Part shown: positions 7,779-16,007 of the stretch, one piece after another | How the letters are laid out: every line of letters starts with the position of its first letter | Position numbering within the stretch: position 1 is the first letter of the stretch | Source: Candidatus Thorarchaeota archaeon | Lineage (GTDB): Archaea; Asgardarchaeota; Heimdallarchaeia; Hodarchaeales; Hodarchaeaceae | Assembly: GCA_048882505.1 (NCBI GenBank) | Contig: JBHLRO010000002.1 | Location: forward strand, 270,001-302,000 | Length of the DNA: 32,000 bases | Reading direction: 5' to 3' | Notes under the pieces: model-generated | The model's database searches: none | Told to the model about the DNA's origin: nothing | What the model saw: the letters and a program-made list of their open reading frames with translations, nothing else | Translations under genes and position numbers: made by a program

Positions 7779-8996
7779 TCAACGATCGGTAAACACATCA
7801 TTGATGCGTTTTCCTGCCTCATTGATTTCCGACACTTCAAGAAATCCATAGGCAACTCGTACGTGGTTTTTTCCAATGCTGCCAAATTCCTGGCCTGGAA
7901 CGACCACGATTTGTGCATGTTTAAGAAGATATTCAGAAAACTCTGTTCCATCCATTCCTGTACCACTGACATCAGGAAATATGTAGAATGCTCCCTTTGG
8001 AGTATAAGTCAGTTCGATTCCGTCTATCGATGTAAACGCATTAATGGTGGCTAGTCTTCGCGCAGCCAACTCTTGTACCAAAGCTTCACGAATGGATGGG
8101 GGAGATTCCAAGGCTATTTTGGCAGCATACTGGGAGACCGTAGTCGTACATGCTGTATTGTGTTGATGGACAAGTAAGATGTGGGGAATTAACGTCCTTG
8201 GCCCAACAACATATCCAACTCGGAACCCGGTCATTGCATAGGTTTTGGAGAAAGATGAGACTACGAGCACATTTTCGGAAGAAAATTCGGAAGCGCAAGT
8301 ATGCTCATGCCCTTCATAGGTAATGAATTCATAGGATTCATCAGAAATGACAAGAATGCCTTTATCCGCGGCTGTTTCTACAATTGCTCGAATTTGGCTA
8401 CGATCCATGACACTTCCCGTTGGATTGTTTGGGAAGTTAAGAACCAAAGCTTTCGTCCGTGGGGTAATGGCCTCGTTGACTACATCGGGATCCAATTCAA
8501 ATTTACTGTTTGTTTCAATGGTACGGGTTTTCCCCCCAGCTAATCGGATGTGATTGGCAAAGTACCCGAATGCCGGGATAGGAATTAGTACCTCATCTCC
8601 AGGATTGATCAATGCGAGAAAAGTATCCATTAAGGCTTCCAAGGCTCCAGCAGTAACTACAAACTGATCAGGAGTATACGTAATGTGGTAAATATTGTGA
8701 TATTTCTTTACTAGTTGTTCTCGAAGTTCCCATATTCCTGCATTACTGCTATAACGGTGGGAAACTGGATCATCCAAAACCACCTTTAACTGCCCTATTA
8801 TGGCCTCAGGAACTGGGACATTTAAATTACCGAGACCAAACGATAGAATCTTACGTTTTACAGAAGGTGAAATCTCTCTTTCTAAATCAAAGAGCTTTCG
8901 CAATCCTGATGGCCGCATCTGATACATACGGTTGGCAATGCGGTTAATATCCAAGGATTTTTTTTCTGTGATCTGATCAGTCATACAGTCTGCCAT
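7779..8996 (-). CDS. Class I/II PLP-dependent aminotransferase (aspartate aminotransferase-like)
   Basis: LNFPNNPTG, ISDESY, SFSKTYAMTGFRVGY (PLP lysine) and PKGAFYIF motifs. Confidence 0.92.
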   Translation of the reverse strand: MADCMTDQITEKKSLDINRIANRMYQMRPSGLRKLFDLEREISPSVKRKILSFGLGNLNVPVPEAIIGQLKVVLDDPVSHRYSSNAGIWELREQLVKKYHNIYHITYTPDQFVVTAGALEALMDTFLALINPGDEVLIPIPAFGYFANHIRLAGGKTRTIETNSKFELDPDVVNEAITPRTKALVLNFPNNPTGSVMDRSQIRAIVETAADKGILVISDESYEFITYEGHEHTCASEFSSENVLVVSSFSKTYAMTGFRVGYVVGPRTLIPHILLVHQHNTACTTTVSQYAAKIALESPPSIREALVQELAARRLATINAFTSIDGIELTYTPKGAFYIFPDVSGTGMDGTEFSEYLLKHAQIVVVPGQEFGSIGKNHVRVAYGFLEVSEINEAGKRINDVFTDR

Positions 8997-9193
8997 CTAC
9001 TCCGATAAGTTAGCCATGCTATACTATATTAATCGAACAAAATGTATCTGGCCATTTAGGCACTGTACTATAAAGATAGGTCATTCTGTAGGTGGTGATT
9101 GTAAGAAATCACAAATAGCTTATCTTTTTTCTTCCTGACTTACTTCCAAATAACGCGCTGAAACGCCTAAGTTACAAAAAAGGGTCGTTAATA

Positions 9194-9808
9194 TTGACTT
9201 CAAATCCCGTACTTATTCTAGCCAGTAGGTCTCCAGCCCGAAAATCCCTTCTTTCCCAGCTTGCTATACCGTTTCGGGTCATTCCGAGTCAAATAAAAGA
9301 AGAATCTCTAGAGACTGACCCTAGGACATACCTACTCCAGCTTTCCTGCAAAAAAGCAGAAACAGTTGCGGCACAACAATTCACGGGGGAGTCAAGAAGA
9401 ATTTCCTCTGCCGTGATCGGGTGCGATACGATCGTGCTGGATACCAAAGGCCAAATGCTTGGAAAGCCAAAGAACCGTGTCGAAGCCAAGCAAATGCTAA
9501 CCCGACTTTCGGGACAGCGGCATAATGTCTTGACCGGGGTATGTATAGTTGTGTATCCCGGGGGAAAGCACTATCAGACCGTGGAATCCACGGAAGTTGA
9601 AATTCGTTACCTTTCGGACGAAGAGATACGACTTTACCTTGATAGCAATGAATGGCAAGGTAGAGCGGGTGCCTATGCAATCCAGGGTATGGGAGCAATG
9701 CTGGTAAAATCAATTTGTGGAGATTATTATAACGTGGTTGGATTGCCCATCAGTTGGATTTGGAAAACCCTCTGGGATTTATACGGAATGAAGCTTTTTA
9801 ATTCTTGA
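9194..9808 (+). CDS. maf: Maf family nucleoside triphosphate pyrophosphatase
   Basis: ILASRSPARK, GCDTIV...LGKP, LSGQRH, GRAGAYAIQG and NVVGLP motifs. TTG start. Confidence 0.92.
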   Translation: MTSNPVLILASRSPARKSLLSQLAIPFRVIPSQIKEESLETDPRTYLLQLSCKKAETVAAQQFTGESRRISSAVIGCDTIVLDTKGQMLGKPKNRVEAKQMLTRLSGQRHNVLTGVCIVVYPGGKHYQTVESTEVEIRYLSDEEIRLYLDSNEWQGRAGAYAIQGMGAMLVKSICGDYYNVVGLPISWIWKTLWDLYGMKLFNS

Positions 9809-9834
9809 TGATTAATTAATGAAGGCTAATATGG

Positions 9835-10113
9835 TTAGGCAGCTGGAGTAGAAAGAACATGGAAAAGAGAGGTGCGCATATCTTGAAAATTTGCGACTCT
9901 GCGTACGACTCCCAAGTTAATCAAACGCTTCAGAGCGTTTCGGATAGTTCTATCTGAATAGGAGCAACGTGTTTCAAGATCTCCCGAGGTAAGGGGGCCT
10001 TCTCGATGAAGAACTGTATAAACCTTCTTTGCACTAGGAGGAATGGGCAGCTGCTCTAACATGCCACTGAGATCAGTTTGAATGCGTTTTTCGACAAGTT
10101 CAGTTTGATTCAA
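9835..10113 (-). CDS. Small winged-helix DNA-binding protein
   Basis: PPSAKKVYTVLHREGPLTSGDLETRCSYSDRTIRNALKRLINLGVV fits a wHTH. Confidence 0.82.
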   Translation of the reverse strand: MNQTELVEKRIQTDLSGMLEQLPIPPSAKKVYTVLHREGPLTSGDLETRCSYSDRTIRNALKRLINLGVVRRVANFQDMRTSLFHVLSTPAA

Positions 10114-10160
10114 ATTAAATTTTCACCCAAAACACAATAATACTCGGATAAATTGCAGTG

Positions 10161-10181
10161 TGTTGGTCGTGGCGACCAACA
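10161..10181. promoter_or_regulatory. Perfect palindrome TGTTGGTCG-TGG-CGACCAACA (candidate operator or hairpin)
   Basis: 9-bp arms with a 3-nt spacer, 48-68 bp upstream of the wHTH gene, in the divergent region shared with the SRP RNA. Confidence 0.5.
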
Positions 10182-10290
10182 ACAACAACACTTAAAAAGT
10201 TAACTCCCTCCACATCCAGTGACCATATAATAGTTATATTATAGGGCCACTCCAAAAAGGTGTTAAACGCGCTCGATTTCCGAACATGAC

Positions 10291-10592
10291 GGAACAGTAG
10301 GCGGCCAGGGTAGCCTCCTGGCTATATCGGAAGGCTATAAGACGAGCGGAATCCCAGATTGAGGGATTGAATCAGTGTGAGGTTCCTTGGTATTTGTAAT
10401 GAGCGGCTCCCCGGACAGGTGGGCTCTTCCTGAGGCTCTTCTGGAGAGAAGAGCAAGAAAGGCAGATTAAACTGGGTCAGGGCCGGAAGGCAACAGCTCT
10501 AAGATCGCGGGTTTACGCTGTTCGGACTCGGGTCGTGAACAAAACCAAGTTCAGCCAATCATTCGTGGATGTCTCGAGATTTGGTCTGTTCC
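10291..10592 (+). ncRNA. ffs: Signal recognition particle (7S) RNA, archaeal long form
   Basis: Helix 1 GGAACAG/CTGTTCC closes 302 nt. Alu hairpin GCCAGG/CCTGGC has loop-loop complement TAGCCT (10311-10316)/AGGCTA (10332-10337). Helix 6 is GCTCTTCT-GGAG-AGAAGAGC (10435-10454). Helix 8 is CAGG-GCC-GGAA-GGC-AACAGC (10478-10497). Confidence 0.93.
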
Positions 10593-10627
10593 ACTAATAA
10601 AACCTTTCTTTGTCAGGTTGAAATGCG

Positions 10628-11119
10628 GTGTCACTTTCCAATAATACTGCAGGTTTTACAAAAAATCTCCGCGATGTTCTTCAGGATATCGTAAATTCGC
10701 TAAATGGAATTCATGCCGTAACCATCATAGATACAGATGGACTATTAATCGAGGAAATAAATTTAGAAGGAACCTTAGGGAAAGAAAGTAGTTTAATTCT
10801 CTGTTCCTTAGTAGCGGGGATAAACGCCAATATGGTAACGATTGGTCGGGAAATAGGGTCTTCGCCTTGGGTTTCGCTGACTTCCGAAAGCGAGAATTTT
10901 AAATTCTTCATTCGAGCAGTGGGTAGTATTGCTTTTCTCGGTGTGTTAACAGACCCTTATGTAGATATGGAGTTACTAAAACTGGTCATCGGCCCAGGCG
11001 TGAACTTAATACTCCAGATCTTGGAACAGCGCCAGTACCCGAAAAGCCGACCCGTGTTTTCGCTATCATCCCTCCATGTCTCTCAAGATAAGATCGATAG
11101 GATTCTCGAAATGTCATAA
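10628..11119 (+). CDS. Roadblock/LC7 (MglB-like) domain protein with C-terminal extension
   Basis: LNGIHAVTIIDTDGLLI followed by the alpha/beta roadblock pattern (FFIRAVGSIAFLGVLTD). Confidence 0.82.
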   Translation: MSLSNNTAGFTKNLRDVLQDIVNSLNGIHAVTIIDTDGLLIEEINLEGTLGKESSLILCSLVAGINANMVTIGREIGSSPWVSLTSESENFKFFIRAVGSIAFLGVLTDPYVDMELLKLVIGPGVNLILQILEQRQYPKSRPVFSLSSLHVSQDKIDRILEMS

Positions 11120-11131
11120 GAAGGTGAAATC

Positions 11132-11428
11132 ATGCGTGATTCACGAATACCTTGTCGTGAATGTAAGGATGGCACCCTCCATTGGAATAAGGAGGAGACG
11201 ATCTATGTTTGCACAAGATGCGGAGTTCAGGAAGACGCCCTCTCTACGTGGATAGAGGCGGCGGAACATCGTCAAAAAAAGCGGAAACGGAAACGTGAGA
11301 AAGAACGGCAGTGGGCCTTAGATGTATTAGGTATAAAGGACAAATTGGTTTCTTCAAAAAAAACCAAGAAGGAAAAAGAGTGGGAGGAGTTAATTGAAAA
11401 AATAAAGTTGATAGACTCGGAGTCTTAG
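11132..11428 (+). CDS. Small zinc-ribbon protein with basic helix
   Basis: CREC...CTRCG motif, a QKKRKRKREKER stretch and an AGGTGA ribosome-binding site upstream. Confidence 0.75.
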   Translation: MRDSRIPCRECKDGTLHWNKEETIYVCTRCGVQEDALSTWIEAAEHRQKKRKRKREKERQWALDVLGIKDKLVSSKKTKKEKEWEELIEKIKLIDSES

Positions 11429-11444
11429 TGCAAATACTTGGACT

Positions 11445-11476
11445 CGCCCTGTTTCGTCAAATTTATGAACAGGGCG
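11445..11476. repeat. Intergenic inverted repeat (9-bp arms)
   Basis: CGCCCTGTT (11445-11453) and AACAGGGCG (11468-11476) are perfect complements. Confidence 0.6.
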
Positions 11477-11499
11477 GTGAAGGGTTCTTTTCATAGATA

Positions 11500-12840
11500 T
11501 TGGATTGCATTATAATATTAACCCGGGTCATTCATTTGGGGATCAGATTAAACGCCGAACCTGAAAAAACCGAAGAAACAGAATTCTTCCTTGCACATAT
11601 TGTTTTTGATGAAGAAGCGGGACCCAGTTTAAAGTCATATCTTGCTCATCATCTCGAAATTCCTCGTATCATTCTGCAAGGAGTCACCACTACATTGTTT
11701 ACAATGGCAATAGGCGTTGGTGAACCTACTGGTGAGCCTGATACGGCAATAATCCCGATTAACGTGACTGGAATCCAAGGTAGGGTTTTAATTCACTCAT
11801 TTTCATTACCTGATCCCAGTGTACGTGGAAAAAATCGGATTGAAAGCCTCATGTTGTTTGTTCCTCGAATTCATCAAGACAAGCTTCTTCAACACTCACT
11901 ATCGTTTTCAAACATCCTTCAAGAAGCGATCCGGGATATCAAAACGCACGAAAACGGTAATAAAGCCGTGTACCCCTTAGAAAAGGTGTTCAATAACATA
12001 AAAAAGGTTATTTTAACACGAATCGATAATACCACACAGGATCGGATTTCCGAGGTATTGACAGAGAAAGAAAAAACTGTTATTGTATCTAATGGGACTA
12101 TCCGAGCATTTCACAATGTTTCATTGTCTCCTGAGATCATATCCTTGGTCAGTCAAATTTCTTCACTTCTACGTGATTGGGGTGAGGAGATAAAGACTTC
12201 CGGAACGTTTTTCGATACAATCCCTCTCGAAATTCATGCTAATACTTTGGATCAACAACAGTTTTATTTACTGGCAGTCGAAAATACCTTTATTTTAGCG
12301 TTTAGTTCAGGTAAGGGTCGACTCGGGAGTCTTTTCCGCATCTTTCGGGAAATAATCTGGGATCTAAACCTCCAAAGTTCCATGGTTCCAAGTACCATTG
12401 TCCCACGTTTTCGGATCCAGTTTCGAGATGCGTCCGAATTGTTTCCCAATGACCCATTCCTAGATAAAACTGTTGAGGTTCTAAAAAGTTTTCATCCTAT
12501 CATTACGGAAGTGTCTTTAATAAGATGTGCCTGCGAAAGCCGGACATTAGATATGCTGCGGACAACTACTCCTAACGGCGCTCATAGACATGCTTTAGTT
12601 TGCCAAATGTTTTCATTAATACATAATGTAGCTCGAATACTATCAAAGGATGCTCTAAGACAGCTGGTTCTATCACAGCATATCATGAATAGCCTCGTAC
12701 TGCGTGTGGCCCAAAATAGTGAAAAGAGTGCTAGTCTTTTTCTTGTGGGTGACTCCTCTCGTGGAGTGGGACTGCTGAAGTTGGTAAGTGAACAGCTCCT
12801 TGAAACGAAAATAACTTCAGAAAGTCAAGACTCTCGATAA
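11500..12840 (+). CDS. Folliculin/SMCR8-like longin (uDENN) protein with two putative C-terminal roadblock-like domains
   Basis: FFLAHIVFDEEAGP resembles FLCN LCHFCELHGP and SMCR8 ISEFSEQVGP. HSFSLPDPSVRGKNR resembles FLCN HTFFIKDSLARGFQR. The start is uncertain (TTG at 11500 or 11536). The C-terminal domain call is by alpha/beta pattern only. Confidence 0.62.
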   Translation: MDCIIILTRVIHLGIRLNAEPEKTEETEFFLAHIVFDEEAGPSLKSYLAHHLEIPRIILQGVTTTLFTMAIGVGEPTGEPDTAIIPINVTGIQGRVLIHSFSLPDPSVRGKNRIESLMLFVPRIHQDKLLQHSLSFSNILQEAIRDIKTHENGNKAVYPLEKVFNNIKKVILTRIDNTTQDRISEVLTEKEKTVIVSNGTIRAFHNVSLSPEIISLVSQISSLLRDWGEEIKTSGTFFDTIPLEIHANTLDQQQFYLLAVENTFILAFSSGKGRLGSLFRIFREIIWDLNLQSSMVPSTIVPRFRIQFRDASELFPNDPFLDKTVEVLKSFHPIITEVSLIRCACESRTLDMLRTTTPNGAHRHALVCQMFSLIHNVARILSKDALRQLVLSQHIMNSLVLRVAQNSEKSASLFLVGDSSRGVGLLKLVSEQLLETKITSESQDSR

Positions 12841-12844
12841 ACGG

Positions 12845-14257
12845 ATGATAAACAGAGGAATTTTCTTGGATCTAGCTGTCGATTTTCATGCGCACTCGAT
12901 TTTTGCAGGGGGTACACAATCATTGAAATTTACTCCAGAAAGAATCCAACCTAACAAGAAAAAGGCTCTTTCCCATCTTATGAATATTACGCAAACTATG
13001 CCGCTCAAAGGGATCGATATAATTGGAACAGGAGATTGTCAGTTTTCCTTTTGGAATGAGATCCTTAAGAAGGCGATGACAGAAGATCAACCAGGTTTTT
13101 TCTACCTCAATGAGAAAGATAAAACTCGATTTATACTCCAGACTGAGCTCATTTTTACTGCCCCAATTGGGCGTAGATCCAAAATAGTTCATATTGTTTT
13201 TCTGTTTCCCGATTTTTCTTGTGTTGAAGGCCTAAATCAATTTCTTAAAGAATGGGGGGTTAAATACCAGAAGATGGCACGTCCGTTCATTAAATGTGGA
13301 TCGATTGGAGATGTAGCAACTCGGATACATGCCATTCTGGACATAAATCCATTAGTGGAAGCTATTCCAGCACACATTATGACCCCTCAAGGCATATTCG
13401 GTTCAAACGTTCGTGTTAACCATTTGGCTGATTACTTTGGATCGGTTACGTCACGCTTACAGATATTTGAAACAGGTTTATCAGCGGATCCAAAGTTTTT
13501 GGGATTAATTCCAGAGCTTGACGATCGTGTTCTCATTTCGAGCTCTGATGCTCATTCTGGAGCCCTGCATCGAATGGGTCGTGAATATACTGTAGTATCC
13601 GCAGTAAAAAAAGATTACCGACATTTAATCCATTCATTACGGGAGAAAAACATCATTTACACGGCAGAATTTCCCCCCGAAGAAGGGAGATTTTTCTTGA
13701 CTGGTCACCGGAGCGGAAGGAAGAAGCCTGGATTACACGGAAAGGATGAGTGGTGCTGTTTTTCCCCCCAATATACTCCCCAAAACGATATTTGCCCGAT
13801 ATGCAATAAGACGCTCACAGTTGGAGTTTATCAACGGTGCATTGAAATAAGCAAAGTTCAGGGTGAAGAGAGAGATTTGGCTAGGGTAATTCCTACGCAG
13901 AAGTTTATTCGAATGGTGCCACTTGTGGAGATTATTGCGCATGTCCTCGGGGTCAAAACAAAAACAGCTAAATCGATTATTGACGTATATCATAAAATCG
14001 TCGACTACATTGGGCCTGAGCGTAATCTTTGGACTCTTCCTGCTGATGAAGTTCGGGGACTACTAAAAAACATAGAAAATCAAATCTCATCATCTCTACT
14101 GAATGCGATTCTTGAGGTAAAAAGAGGAAATTTCACATTCGTTCCATATGGTTTTGATGGAGTCTATGGCACTCTCCAAATTGGTAATAAAGGTAATTAC
14201 AACAAAGTAAATATTATACGAGCTACGAAATTGAAGCGATCTCAATTATTTAGATAG
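12845..14257 (+). CDS. endoQ: Endonuclease Q family (PHP-domain) DNA repair nuclease
   Basis: DFHAHS, GTGD, PAHIMTP, ETGLSAD, SDAHS, GRE, CPICNKTLTVGV, PLVEII and GFDGVYG motifs. Confidence 0.85.
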   Translation: MINRGIFLDLAVDFHAHSIFAGGTQSLKFTPERIQPNKKKALSHLMNITQTMPLKGIDIIGTGDCQFSFWNEILKKAMTEDQPGFFYLNEKDKTRFILQTELIFTAPIGRRSKIVHIVFLFPDFSCVEGLNQFLKEWGVKYQKMARPFIKCGSIGDVATRIHAILDINPLVEAIPAHIMTPQGIFGSNVRVNHLADYFGSVTSRLQIFETGLSADPKFLGLIPELDDRVLISSSDAHSGALHRMGREYTVVSAVKKDYRHLIHSLREKNIIYTAEFPPEEGRFFLTGHRSGRKKPGLHGKDEWCCFSPQYTPQNDICPICNKTLTVGVYQRCIEISKVQGEERDLARVIPTQKFIRMVPLVEIIAHVLGVKTKTAKSIIDVYHKIVDYIGPERNLWTLPADEVRGLLKNIENQISSSLLNAILEVKRGNFTFVPYGFDGVYGTLQIGNKGNYNKVNIIRATKLKRSQLFR

Positions 14258-15544
14258 ATGATTAAGGCGAACAAAATGGTTGCTGTGCCTGCAAGTGACC
14301 AAGAATGTTTACGTTGTAAGGGAGGGAAATTACTATGCGGATTAACTTATTGTCCCATTGTCTTAAAGATTAAGGCCCTGTCGCCAGTAAAAAAAATGTT
14401 ACCTGAAATGAAAAATGAATATTATGGCCCTAGTCCTCCTAGTTTATTTGTCGGACGATTTGGTTATCCTAAAGTATATGTCGGGCCAATGGCGGCGTTG
14501 GATCACGATAACATTCAGATCATAGATGAACCTGACCAATGGGGAACTAGTGTTACAATGGCTGAGGTTCTTAACTTTCGAGCAAAATTATTACGTTTTA
14601 TGGGAACAGAACCTCACAGAGTTACTGATGTCACCTCTCCCCCAAAAATGTTGGAGTTAACTCAAGAACAAGTACAAGCTTCGTCCCCAGTGGATTTAGA
14701 AATTAAATTTATGAAAAAACCAAAGATAGATTTAACCTTCACTAGAAATATCCAACCTATGGGTGCACGTGTTCAGATCGACACTTTGCAATTGGCATCA
14801 ACCCCAAAAATTGAACACAAAGTAGATCGTATTGTCCAGGATTCAGACCTAATAGCATTTTCTGCCGTCAATGAACTATATAAAGCACAAGCTACTGTTA
14901 CCCAGATTACACGTATTCTTTCTGCAGGCCTTCTTGGACTAAATAGGCAAAGACGTCTAGTACCGACACGTTGGAGCATTACAGCTGTTGACGATATGGT
15001 TGGTAATGATCTGAGGAAACAAATCAAAGACCATCCCCCTGTTCAAGACTATTTGGTCTATCATAATACATATTTGGATAATGATTTTTGGGTTCTTTTC
15101 ATACCGCGCGATGCTTGGTTTTTTGACTACCATGAGACATGGAAACAGAAAAGTGCATGGAATTTAACTGGACCAATGCCTCAAATTCTATCTGATACCG
15201 AAGGACCCAAGGGACGTACAACATATGCTAATAATACAGTAGGAGGGTATTATGCAGCGCGTCTAGCGGTTTTGGAAAAATTATGGCAAATACGGCGTAT
15301 TGCGTCTGTGGTAGTTTTTCGAGAAGTTGGATCCGGATATGCAATCCCTTTAGGCGTTTGGCAGGTTCGAGAGAATATGAGAACAGCATTAAAAAATGTC
15401 CCTGATCGTTTTGAAGATTTGAAAGCGGCTTTGCGATACATTGAGAGCCATTTAACAATTCCTATGCGTCGTTATGCGCGTCAAAGTCCATTGTTGCGCC
15501 AAAAACGTCTGACGGACTTCTTCAACTCTTCCAAGTTCCAATAA
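14258..15544 (+). CDS. nreA: Nre family DNA repair protein with C-terminal PIP box
   Basis: CLRCKGGKLLCGLTYCP Zn motif, PPSLFVGRFGYPKV, RRLVPTRWSITAVD and GGYYAARL motifs. PIP box QKRLTDFF at 15500-15523. Confidence 0.93.
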   Translation: MIKANKMVAVPASDQECLRCKGGKLLCGLTYCPIVLKIKALSPVKKMLPEMKNEYYGPSPPSLFVGRFGYPKVYVGPMAALDHDNIQIIDEPDQWGTSVTMAEVLNFRAKLLRFMGTEPHRVTDVTSPPKMLELTQEQVQASSPVDLEIKFMKKPKIDLTFTRNIQPMGARVQIDTLQLASTPKIEHKVDRIVQDSDLIAFSAVNELYKAQATVTQITRILSAGLLGLNRQRRLVPTRWSITAVDDMVGNDLRKQIKDHPPVQDYLVYHNTYLDNDFWVLFIPRDAWFFDYHETWKQKSAWNLTGPMPQILSDTEGPKGRTTYANNTVGGYYAARLAVLEKLWQIRRIASVVVFREVGSGYAIPLGVWQVRENMRTALKNVPDRFEDLKAALRYIESHLTIPMRRYARQSPLLRQKRLTDFFNSSKFQ

Positions 15545-15621
15545 ACTATCAGCAAGGTCTTTTACGTTCCAAGTTGTAACAAATTTTAAGATAATTTGAA
15601 AACGTAGGACACATAAGGCGG

Positions 15622-15984
15622 ATGCAAATGGTTTACCGACCATCAGTAACAGCGGCTGTGACACGCTATTACGTGTTTTCTGGGCTATTTCGAGAGGGAG
15701 ACGAGGATTTAACTTTTGAGGAGGTTGACGCTAACCTTATTGAAGTTGCACAAAACTCTACGCAACAATTTGCGGGAACTGCCAGAGCATTCGTGGTAGA
15801 GCTGGAGCAATTTGATGAGGAAAGTCATTTTGCAGAGATAATTATTGGATTTACGATTTGGCCCTTCAAAGATGACGATTCCGAGATTGTTCTCATCTTA
15901 GGCACTGTACGGGAGGAGCTCGAAAAGGTTGGATTTATTGAGGATGATGCTTATTATATTGGGGACGGACCCGACATTAGATGA
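15622..15984 (+). CDS. Hypothetical acidic protein
   Basis: 120-aa ORF filling the gap between nreA and the convergent isomerase gene. No motif recognised. Confidence 0.6.
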   Translation: MQMVYRPSVTAAVTRYYVFSGLFREGDEDLTFEEVDANLIEVAQNSTQQFAGTARAFVVELEQFDEESHFAEIIIGFTIWPFKDDDSEIVLILGTVREELEKVGFIEDDAYYIGDGPDIR

Positions 15985-16007
15985 TCCACATCTAGAAGAA
16001 ATGGAAT

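Noticed and set aside
10177-10190. (CAA)n microsatellite
   Set aside because: Only about 4.5 units and non-coding; partly explained by the adjacent palindrome arm.
10350-10368. Possible extra hairpin AATCCC/GGGATT inside the SRP RNA
   Set aside because: The same bases can pair with CAATC (10556-10560) as part of helix 5; this cannot be resolved without covariation data.
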